IMG/VR virus record: IMGVR_UViG_3300024059_000003
Coordinates: 56,269 to 76,268 of that record
From: an uncultured virus (IMG/VR IMGVR_UViG_3300024059_000003)
Lineage: Duplodnaviria; Heunggongvirae; Uroviricota; Caudoviricetes
Direction: 5' to 3' (one strand)
DNA length: 20,000 nucleotides
Notes under the pieces: generated by a model
The model's input: only the letters and a program-made list of their open reading frames with translations
Told to the model about the DNA's origin: nothing
Database searches by the model: none
Position numbers and translations under genes: made by a program
Part shown: positions 8,241-14,502 of the stretch, one piece after another
Layout of the letters: each line of letters starts with the position of its first letter
Position numbering within the stretch: the first letter of the stretch is position 1

Positions 8241-10261
8241 TATGAAAAAAGTTTATTTCTTTTTCTACCAAAGAGTCCCCTTGACTCTGTAAATAGAATA
8301 TTTTTCTTATTTTGTTTACGGAATGATGAAAATCTTTCATCTTCTTTTGCACCCACTTTACCTATCATTGGATCTAGTTTCATTGCTAGTCCTATAGCTA
8401 ATTCAGCTGCAATAATTCGGTCAAAGTTACCTGACTCGTTATATTGTATCATTTCTTCAAGCAGTACAGGGTCTAATATTTTAGACATACCTTTTACCTC
8501 TGATACTGTTTCTCCTTCTTCATTGGTTTCTGTGTGTACCACTTCTTCAGTGTATTTCTTCAAACAACTATGTAAGAAGTCTCGTATCTTTTCTGAAGAT
8601 CTATGTATACCGTAGTCACGTCTCACGGTAGTATTTGGTACTATTTCTTTTAACCACTGTGGTTGTTTTTCTAAATAATGAGCATCCCCTTTGTTAATCA
8701 TGTAGTCAATAAAGGATATCTCATCATTTTCACACAATGCTCTTGCATTGTAGTACTTTATTAGGTATCTAGCTTGTTCTTCCCAGGTTTCTTTCTTGTC
8801 TGGACGTGCACAATAGCTTGCAACAAACATATCTTGGTACTTTTCTCCAGATATAGCATGCATACGCTTATATATGTATACAGAACCTAATGATGAGCTA
8901 TATGCTGATTTACCCTGTCTATATGGGTCAATACCTGCAACATACAAGCCATATGGAGGATTTTCTATAGGAAACTCGTATATAACCACCGGTGCATCCT
9001 TCATATCAGTCTGCTTTAGTGGAAAGTTAGTTATAGGAAGCTTATCTGTAAAATCATGCTTTACTCCTTCTCCATCATCGTATAATATAACAGGTGTACC
9101 TGTTTTTTCTTGTTCTGATATTCTGTACTTCTGACGCTTAGCTGCTTCTATGTCAAATATGTTTGTATCTTCATTCAAGAATATATCATCTACGTCTTGA
9201 GGATAATACATCTTTTCTTTTAAGTAAGCAACTCTATCACCAGCCTTCTTTAATCTTTCTAGGATATTGTTTGTGATCTCTGTTGCCTTCTCTTCATTTG
9301 ATACTAGCATAGGGATCTTAGAAAGGGAAGAAGACTTTTCTTTATTTAAGAAACTACCTAATGTAGATTCTTCTTTTGCCTCCATTCTATATTTATGTGA
9401 TATGAATAATCCATGGATACGCTTCTCATCTTTTTGGTTATTGTACGTAAGAAAGTTAAAATTATCTACGTCAAACATTAATGACTTTGCATCCATAAAC
9501 ATTTTCATGTCACCACCTGTACCTGTAAGAATGGGACTACATCCCCATCCAAAAGGTGTGGTAAATCCTGGTATTGCAGCTTGTAAGCCACGTAAGAAGT
9601 TACCTTTACCTATCTCATCAATAATAAGTCTACGAGGCTTTGTACCTGCAATAGCTTCTTCATTGTTACCTCCATCCAAGTTACGAATAAGGATCTGTGA
9701 GAATGGTATTCTTGTACCAGATTTAGTTTTTATACCAAGTGTTACTTGATTTTTCCAGTTATCTTCTACTCTTTGCCATCTCCATTCTTTTGGTAAAAAG
9801 TTTAAACCTTTATCAATCTTATCTGTAATCAACTTTATATCAGGTGCATTCAAACCTGCAATAATGTTTTGAGAGTTTTCATCAAAGGTAGCACCATGAC
9901 CAATATAACTAGCTTCTATCACTGACTTAGCAAAACGTCTAATTCCTAATATCACTAGACCTTTCTTTTCTTTGTGAGCTCTATCTATCTCATTAGTTAC
10001 CAACCACTCATTGTCACGTAATAATGGATTTGAATACTTTTGATTAATCCTACCGTACTCATCAATTACATCTACCTCTGTGTGCCAGAAGTTTAAGTGC
10101 CAATATAAGAATGGATTTATATATGTACCATCTACTGTACATCCATTCATACACACCTCCTTATGAAAATCAAAAAATGCTCTATGCTCTTCTGAGTCTG
10201 GATCTGGAATTCGTTTCTGATTTATAAACCACTCAGAGTATTGCAAGTTTTGATAATCCAT
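8240..10261 (-). CDS. terL: Terminase large subunit
   Basis: 673 aa with Walker A-like GIRRFAKS, Walker B LIIDEIG, coupling motif ILTGTGG and RNase H-like nuclease residues (AGIDPY, CEND, NFDRIIA). Confidence 0.92.
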   Translation of the reverse strand: MDYQNLQYSEWFINQKRIPDPDSEEHRAFFDFHKEVCMNGCTVDGTYINPFLYWHLNFWHTEVDVIDEYGRINQKYSNPLLRDNEWLVTNEIDRAHKEKKGLVILGIRRFAKSVIEASYIGHGATFDENSQNIIAGLNAPDIKLITDKIDKGLNFLPKEWRWQRVEDNWKNQVTLGIKTKSGTRIPFSQILIRNLDGGNNEEAIAGTKPRRLIIDEIGKGNFLRGLQAAIPGFTTPFGWGCSPILTGTGGDMKMFMDAKSLMFDVDNFNFLTYNNQKDEKRIHGLFISHKYRMEAKEESTLGSFLNKEKSSSLSKIPMLVSNEEKATEITNNILERLKKAGDRVAYLKEKMYYPQDVDDIFLNEDTNIFDIEAAKRQKYRISEQEKTGTPVILYDDGEGVKHDFTDKLPITNFPLKQTDMKDAPVVIYEFPIENPPYGLYVAGIDPYRQGKSAYSSSLGSVYIYKRMHAISGEKYQDMFVASYCARPDKKETWEEQARYLIKYYNARALCENDEISFIDYMINKGDAHYLEKQPQWLKEIVPNTTVRRDYGIHRSSEKIRDFLHSCLKKYTEEVVHTETNEEGETVSEVKGMSKILDPVLLEEMIQYNESGNFDRIIAAELAIGLAMKLDPMIGKVGAKEDERFSSFRKQNKKNILFTESRGLFGRKRNKLFS

Positions 10262-10590
10262 TAATCTCTAGTTTTTAGAAAATCTTCAGCCATACTACCT
10301 AGTGCTGCACCTCCTCTTGTTTCTACTTTTTTAACTTCCTTCTCACGAAGATTATCTACCTGACCTAATAAGGCTAAGTAGTTTTTCATGGTATCTTGTA
10401 TAAATTTACCTTGTGATTCAATAGAAGCTACAACCATAGGTATAGATCCACCATTTGCAGTTTGCTTATACTCTATCCTGTCTTTTAAAGATGGAAGAGG
10501 ATTTGCATCTACATAAGCTTTCCATTGGACCAACTGTTGTTCAGCCCAATCTAATTCTGCATTTATGTATGTAGTTTGTTTTACTGGCAT
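10261..10590 (-). CDS. Hypothetical helical protein coupled to terL (small terminase candidate)
   Basis: 109 aa. Its stop overlaps the terL start (TAATG at 10261). The function is inferred only from position. Confidence 0.5.
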   Translation of the reverse strand: MPVKQTTYINAELDWAEQQLVQWKAYVDANPLPSLKDRIEYKQTANGGSIPMVVASIESQGKFIQDTMKNYLALLGQVDNLREKEVKKVETRGGAALGSMAEDFLKTRD

Positions 10591-10597
10591 TCATTTC

Positions 10598-10846
10598 TTA
10601 TTTGCCTATTGACATTCCGTCTTCTATAATTTTGTTTAAATCAAAATTATCATCAAGTAACTCCACTGCATCCAGTTTAGCTTGGTAGTCATTTAGGAGA
10701 TTATAAAACTTTTTATCTGAGATAGACCATACATCTTCTCCATCTAATGCTGTGGCAATATGTTTGCCTATATTCATTTTAGGGTGAGTCTTTTTAAGCA
10801 GGTCTATAATATTAATTATCTTTTGTACGTACATTGGTTTAATCAA
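10598..10846 (-). CDS. Hypothetical protein
   Basis: 82-aa ORF tightly packed in the operon. The start could be the downstream Met of MYVQK. Confidence 0.6.
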   Translation of the reverse strand: MIKPMYVQKIINIIDLLKKTHPKMNIGKHIATALDGEDVWSISDKKFYNLLNDYQAKLDAVELLDDNFDLNKIIEDGMSIGK

Positions 10847-11129
10847 TTAGGTCATTTATATCTTCGTCTGATATAGGGGGTAAATTTTCTTCGTAATCTT
10901 GTTCAGTAACCATATACTCTGGATCAGTGTCATACATTTTGTTTTCTTCTGTTTCTTGATCGATATAGTACTCAGGTTTAACTGTAATCTTAATCATGTC
11001 TTGATCTGAGTCAGTTGGTTCACCTTCTATATCTATAAAGTCTGCACCATCATCATATATCTTCCTAAGCATATCTATTAATCCCATAATAGACACTTTT
11101 CTTAGTTTTGTAAATCTCTTTGCACTCAT
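10839..11129 (-). CDS. Hypothetical acidic protein
   Basis: 96-aa ORF with an ATGA overlap with the upstream gene at 11126-11129. Confidence 0.65.
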   Translation of the reverse strand: MSAKRFTKLRKVSIMGLIDMLRKIYDDGADFIDIEGEPTDSDQDMIKITVKPEYYIDQETEENKMYDTDPEYMVTEQDYEENLPPISDEDINDLID

Positions 11130-11428
11130 AACTCATGTTCTTCAATTACATCTTGTTGTTCATCATTTAACACTGCCAACCATTTGTGTATAGGGCATTC
11201 GCAAGATAGGCATTTTGTTTTAGCTGACAAAGTACAACCGCAACTAACACAATGTGCATCCGGTCTAACCACCTTATGATTCTTTGAATGGTTAGGACAA
11301 GCTTCACATATGGCCATGCGTTCTGCACTCACCAAGTCTATCTGCTCCACCATATCGGCATCAGGGAGTAGCTTATTCTTCCATCCTTCGTATATCTGAC
11401 CTACGTTGATTTTTAGATTTTTATACAT
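11126..11428 (-). CDS. Cys-rich putative metal-binding protein (DUF6171-like pattern)
   Basis: Pattern ERMAICEACP...CVSCGCTLSAKTKCLSCECPIHKW, i.e. R..IC..CP, C..CGC and CP..KW. Confidence 0.65.
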   Translation of the reverse strand: MYKNLKINVGQIYEGWKNKLLPDADMVEQIDLVSAERMAICEACPNHSKNHKVVRPDAHCVSCGCTLSAKTKCLSCECPIHKWLAVLNDEQQDVIEEHEL

Positions 11429-11781
11429 TAGTCCTGTAGTTTTGGTTTTATAGAATTCAATGTTAAGTTGAGATTGCTAAGTTTACTCTTTATCACATCT
11501 AACTTTTTTGTTGGCAATGTACCTTCGGCTAGTTGCTGTTCGTAAACTTTTTTTATTTTTTCTAACTTCTCAACATGCCTTTCGGCCTTGGATTTGTTAA
11601 ATATGAACTTTCCAAATCCGGAAATTTCTACACTGTTGTTTGTCTTTGTAGCATCTTCAGCAGAATTAAACTGATGTGTAATCACTTGACTGATCACTCT
11701 TTCACTCACTACTAGACCCACTGCCATCTTCTTCACTATATGTTCTCTCAGTGTCGTTACTGTCTTGTCTATCTTCTTCAT
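11428..11781 (-). CDS. HU/IHF-like DNA-binding protein
   Basis: 117 aa with the HU/IHF signature VEISGFGKF after two predicted helices. IHF-like genes are known in Crassvirales structural regions. Confidence 0.75.
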   Translation of the reverse strand: MKKIDKTVTTLREHIVKKMAVGLVVSERVISQVITHQFNSAEDATKTNNSVEISGFGKFIFNKSKAERHVEKLEKIKKVYEQQLAEGTLPTKKLDVIKSKLSNLNLTLNSIKPKLQD

Positions 11782-12130
11782 GTTCTAGTTGTATGAACAA
11801 ATTAATATGCTTATCAAAGTCTAAAACTATTACAGGGTTTACCTTCACCTTACTATCTTCTTTGATGAATATACCCACTTTCTTCAGCTTGCTCACTATA
11901 TTATTGATCGTAGCTGTTGTTGTGTTATACATCTGACAAAACTCTGTTCTAGCATTAGCATACGTGATTGTACCTTTTATAGCTGTATAAGCTACCAATT
12001 GTATCTCTCGCTCTGTAAGCTTTAAGTTGTTAAGTGCAGATATCAATGAATAGTACTTCTGTGCAAGCTTGTACTTATCACTGTGCTGCATTGCTAGTTT
12101 TTGAACTACCTTATTATTCTGTGCTTCCAT
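11702..12130 (-). CDS. Winged helix-turn-helix protein, first gene of the minus-strand operon
   Basis: LTEREIQLV...TTATINNIVSKLKKVGIFIK...VKVNP is a MarR/RepL-like wHTH pattern. Its acidic tail overlaps the HU-like gene by 80 nt. Confidence 0.65.
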   Translation of the reverse strand: MEAQNNKVVQKLAMQHSDKYKLAQKYYSLISALNNLKLTEREIQLVAYTAIKGTITYANARTEFCQMYNTTTATINNIVSKLKKVGIFIKEDSKVKVNPVIVLDFDKHINLFIQLEHEEDRQDSNDTERTYSEEDGSGSSSE

Positions 12131-12159
12131 TATTTAGTTATATTGGCTTTTACTATATG

Positions 12160-12192
12160 CAAATATATAAAAAAAATATTTGACTTATCAAA
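12160..12192 (-). promoter_or_regulatory. Bacteroidota housekeeping-sigma promoter driving the packaging/capsid operon
   Basis: Minus strand reads TTTG (12192-12189), 21 nt, TATATTTG (12167-12160). This is an exact match to TTTG-N19..21-TAnnTTTG, about 30 nt upstream of the ATG at 12130. Confidence 0.75.
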
Positions 12193-12230
12193 CTTATCTT
12201 TGTAGAAAAGCTATATTATGTATAAACATT

Positions 12231-12445
12231 CATCGATTCACTGGTCCACAGGAGCATCGATAAGAGGGATGCTTAGAATCACTAAGCCCACCCACCCACC
12301 AAAGGTATAACATTATATCCCAAAGTTCCAAATTTTTAAATGCCCTTTTTCTAAAACACCCTCCCCCCATCGTGTGTGTGCGATAGGAGACCCCTTCCCA
12401 TTGAAACCCCACTAAAAAAAAGCGTGGTGGGGGTAGTCCCCCTTT
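12231..12445. other. Non-coding strand-switch region with hairpins and C/G tracts (candidate origin, packaging site or genome terminus)
   Basis: AGCATC/GATGCT 12253-12273; GCTTAG/CTAAGC 12271-12287; (CCCA)3CC 12287-12300; CTCC..ATCG-TGTGTGTG-CGAT..GGAG 12361-12389; CCCCAC 12407-12412 / GTGGGG 12427-12432; GGGGG-TAGT-CCCCC 12429-12442. Confidence 0.45.
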
Positions 12446-12477
12446 GACAAAACACGTAACACTAAATACATAATACA

Positions 12478-12879
12478 ATGAGTAGTACATTATTAAACTG
12501 GAACACCTTTGTTCCAACAGAAAGAGAAGAAATCGGAATGGTTGCAGAACTGTGTGGACCAAATGGAACTTTAAACCTTGTTCCAAGCAACTTTGCTAAC
12601 CCTGATAAGCGTGTTGTGGTTGTGCTTAAACGTGAGGACGGTACATCAACAGCTATCACTTGTTCATCAAAAGTTAGTGAGGGTATTAGAGCCAAGGACA
12701 TTACTATTAGCAATCTGTTTGGCTTTACTGTTTACAAGCAAATCAATAGCACGACAGGCGAAGAATACGCTATGATAGGAATGCCTTCAGGCACCTCAAC
12801 TCTCATCAGCTTTAAGAACGAGGGTGTTGTTGACTATCAACCAGAACTTGTCAACACTGATGACTTAGTAGCATTCTAA
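12478..12879 (+). CDS. Hypothetical protein, first gene of the plus-strand arm
   Basis: 133-aa ORF with an A-rich leader (TAATACA ATG), followed by a strong hairpin. Confidence 0.75.
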   Translation: MSSTLLNWNTFVPTEREEIGMVAELCGPNGTLNLVPSNFANPDKRVVVVLKREDGTSTAITCSSKVSEGIRAKDITISNLFGFTVYKQINSTTGEEYAMIGMPSGTSTLISFKNEGVVDYQPELVNTDDLVAF

Positions 12880-12891
12880 TAACTAACCAAC

Positions 12892-12931
12892 AAGAGCTTG
12901 GAGTGGGAGCAACATCTCACTCTTAGTTCTT
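12892..12931 (+). terminator. Long stem-loop after the gene (terminator or processing site)
   Basis: AAGAGCT 12892-12898 / AGTTCTT 12925-12931 and GAGTGGGA 12901-12908 / TCTCACTC 12915-12922. The G-U pairs form on the plus-strand RNA. Confidence 0.55.
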
Positions 12932-13040
12932 ATATATAGGGTGGGAAGTAATAGGGTTGGGCCTTATATAAGGAGAATACCAACAAACAAGGGTAAAGTT
13001 GTACATGTTTTACGTGTGTGTGAACACAGTAGTGTACTCA

Positions 13041-13070
13041 CTACCCACTATTTGCCACTTTTTACCACCT
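13041..13070. repeat. Three degenerate repeats phased at 10 nt (CCAC core)
   Basis: ctacCCACta tttgCCACtt tttaCCACct, with the CCAC cores spaced about one helical turn apart (near 13045, 13055 and 13065). Confidence 0.45.
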
Positions 13071-13109
13071 AACAATATATTACACCTATAATATACATAT
13101 AGCATTAAC

Positions 13110-13247
13110 ATGACAAAAGAAGACCATCTATACAGACAAGGTAGATCAGAACAACAGTATGCATCTGCTATGATACTTACAACTATCTCCTATATAGGTT
13201 TGATAGTTTCCTTTATACTAATAGTAATAAATACAATAAGATTATGA
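13110..13247 (+). CDS. Small single-pass membrane protein (45 aa)
   Basis: Not in the ORF track: MTKEDHLYRQGRSEQQYASAMILTTISYIGLIVSFILIVINTIRL*. It has a hydrophobic C-terminal helix and an ATGA overlap with the next ORF. Confidence 0.65.
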   Translation: MTKEDHLYRQGRSEQQYASAMILTTISYIGLIVSFILIVINTIRL

Positions 13248-13393
13248 ACCGCAAGATTAAACTACTACCTACAGCATTTCATAAGTTCAGACAGGTTGCA
13301 TTTGCAGCTGGTGTGTTCTTTATATGCAGTATACAAAACTCAGAGTACACTGTTGAAGCAGATGACTCTCAATTAGAACAATTAGGATATTAA
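13244..13393 (+). CDS. Hypothetical small protein (49 aa)
   Basis: Not in the ORF track: MNRKIKLLPTAFHKFRQVAFAAGVFFICSIQNSEYTVEADDSQLEQLGY*. It is coupled to the upstream ORF by ATGA. Confidence 0.6.
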   Translation: MNRKIKLLPTAFHKFRQVAFAAGVFFICSIQNSEYTVEADDSQLEQLGY

Positions 13394-13401
13394 TACACAC
13401 T

Positions 13402-13471
13402 ATGATTGATACAGTTTGCCTTAAAACTCAATGGACATCAGGCTTAGAGATAACCAACGAGTATCAATCAT
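13402..13471 (+). ncRNA. Candidate structured RNA element A
   Basis: Perfect 11-bp stem ATGATTGATAC 13402-13412 / GTATCAATCAT 13461-13471, enclosing an inner GCCT/AGGC stem. Confidence 0.4.
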
Positions 13472-13479
13472 TTTACAAT

Positions 13480-13612
13480 AAGGGCTGGACTAACAATCGT
13501 GGATTCTAGATAACTATAAGTGTAGGTGTGCAGGTTACCCCTGCGTCAATAGGTAGCCTAACATGCCAAGTCACTTACCTCAACGCTGCAAGAGAGCAGG
13601 TGGAAGGCCCTT
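13480..13612 (+). ncRNA. Candidate multi-branched structured RNA element B upstream of the 3D-domain gene
   Basis: Nested stems: AAGGGC 13480-13485 / GCCCTT 13607-13612; TAAGTG 13517-13522 / CACTTA 13572-13577; GGTGTG 13525-13530 / CATGCC 13562-13567 (with G-U pairs). Hairpins: GCAGG-TTACC-CCTGC, TAGG-TAG-CCTA and CTGC-AAGAGA-GCAG. Confidence 0.5.
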
Positions 13613-13642
13613 TATTTGTTTAACTATTAAAAAATCGGAAAG

Positions 13643-13990
13643 ATGAAAACATTACTAATACTACTAATGGTCGTTGATGTGTCAGTTACAGCAACGATTT
13701 ATCATGCAGTGCCAGATCAGACAGACAGCACACCATTCATTACAGCATCTAACAAGGTTATCAATAAGCATAATCCTGGTGCACATAGATGGATTGCAGT
13801 GTCTAGAGATCTTGAAGCTTTAGGTTATACATTTGGCACAAGAGTATGTGTTGACAATGCAGGCCCAATGAATGGCTATTGGGTGGTGCAAGACAGAATG
13901 AATAAGAGATGGAAACACAGAATAGACTTTCTAGTTGATGAGTCTATGAAAGGTGGCAAGTGGGAAGACGTAAAAATATACATAGAATGA
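13643..13990 (+). CDS. 3D-domain (double-psi beta-barrel, MltA/RlpA-like) putative peptidoglycan lytic protein
   Basis: VTATIYHA...TD.TPFITAS...WIAVSRDL...FGTRV...VVQDRM...RIDFL carries the three-Asp pattern of 3D domains. It has a short hydrophobic N-terminus. Confidence 0.8.
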   Translation: MKTLLILLMVVDVSVTATIYHAVPDQTDSTPFITASNKVINKHNPGAHRWIAVSRDLEALGYTFGTRVCVDNAGPMNGYWVVQDRMNKRWKHRIDFLVDESMKGGKWEDVKIYIE

Positions 13991-14220
13991 AATTCAAAAA
14001 GACAAGACAAACTATCAAATACAATGGGATCTATTTAGATTGTGTGGGGTACTACGAACCAGGTGAAGCAATGACATACGAATATCCAGGTAGCTCAGCT
14101 AACTTTGATGTCCATGAAGTGTTTGTTGATTCAACAGATATCATAGATTTACTTGATGATACACAGCTAGAAGAGATAGAAATAGAAGTATTGGATACTA
14201 TTGATGATAATGATTGGTAG
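13987..14220 (+). CDS. Hypothetical acidic protein (77 aa)
   Basis: Start reassigned to the ATG at 13987 (ATGA overlap with the upstream stop): MKFKKTRQTIKYNGIYL...DNDW. Confidence 0.7.
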   Translation: MKFKKTRQTIKYNGIYLDCVGYYEPGEAMTYEYPGSSANFDVHEVFVDSTDIIDLLDDTQLEEIEIEVLDTIDDNDW

Positions 14221-14230
14221 TTTAATCAGT

Positions 14231-14296
14231 GAGTGGTGGAGGTCAAGCGTGGAAAAGAAGCGTGCAGGGTTACCGAGTCCCAACCTCCACTTACTC
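14231..14296 (+). ncRNA. Candidate structured RNA element C with a T-arm-like hairpin
   Basis: GAGTGGTGGAGGT 14231-14243 pairs with ACCTCCACTTACTC 14283-14296 (one bulge, one G-U). The stem encloses AAGCGTG twice and GGG-TTACCGAGT-CCC. Confidence 0.5.
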
Positions 14297-14330
14297 TTAA
14301 TAATAAATAAGAACTTTTAAAATAAATACA

Positions 14331-14501
14331 ATGAATAATCAATACCCAGAAGAAATGACAAGCAACAGCCAGCCACACATAATGTGTCCGGAATGCTTTA
14401 AAGGAACTGTAGTGATGAGCTACGCACGTAGAGAGGGAAGATGTGACAGCTGTGGCACAGAGTTTCACCTATTAGCAGGTAACACATTAAGATATAAATA
14501 G
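14331..14501 (+). CDS. Zinc-ribbon microprotein (56 aa)
   Basis: Not in the ORF track: MNNQYPEEMTSNSQPHIMCPECFKGTVVMSYARREGRCDSCGTEFHLLAGNTLRYK*. It has two CxxC pairs and an A-rich leader (AATAAATACA ATG). Confidence 0.75.
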   Translation: MNNQYPEEMTSNSQPHIMCPECFKGTVVMSYARREGRCDSCGTEFHLLAGNTLRYK

Positions 14502-14502
14502 C

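Noticed and set aside
10261..10590. Firm call as terminase small subunit
   Set aside because: Only its position supports this and no recognisable TerS motif is present, so it is kept as a candidate.
337..11936. Plus-strand ORFs at 337, 3230, 5039, 5364, 5716, 6469, 8874, 9267 and 11751, and the nested minus-strand ORF at 2958-3191
   Set aside because: They are shadows of well-supported minus-strand genes, with Ser/Leu/Phe-rich antisense composition.
12231..13108. CRISPR array or diversity-generating retroelement repeats
   Set aside because: There are no regularly spaced 25-45-nt repeats, no long template/variable repeat pair and no reverse transcriptase in the window.
13402..13471. Hammerhead ribozyme on the minus strand
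   Set aside because: The core reads CTGATGT rather than CTGATGA, and there is no properly placed GAAA.
13480..13612. Known riboswitch (c-di-AMP, c-di-GMP, SAM) or intact tRNA
   Set aside because: The consensus nucleotides were not recognised, and there is no cloverleaf with a TTCRA loop.
14262..14281. Twister ribozyme (GGTTAC..AGTCCC resembles the twister L4 region)
   Set aside because: The cleavage-site UAA loop and pseudoknot partners could not be placed in the required order. An Infernal search would settle it.
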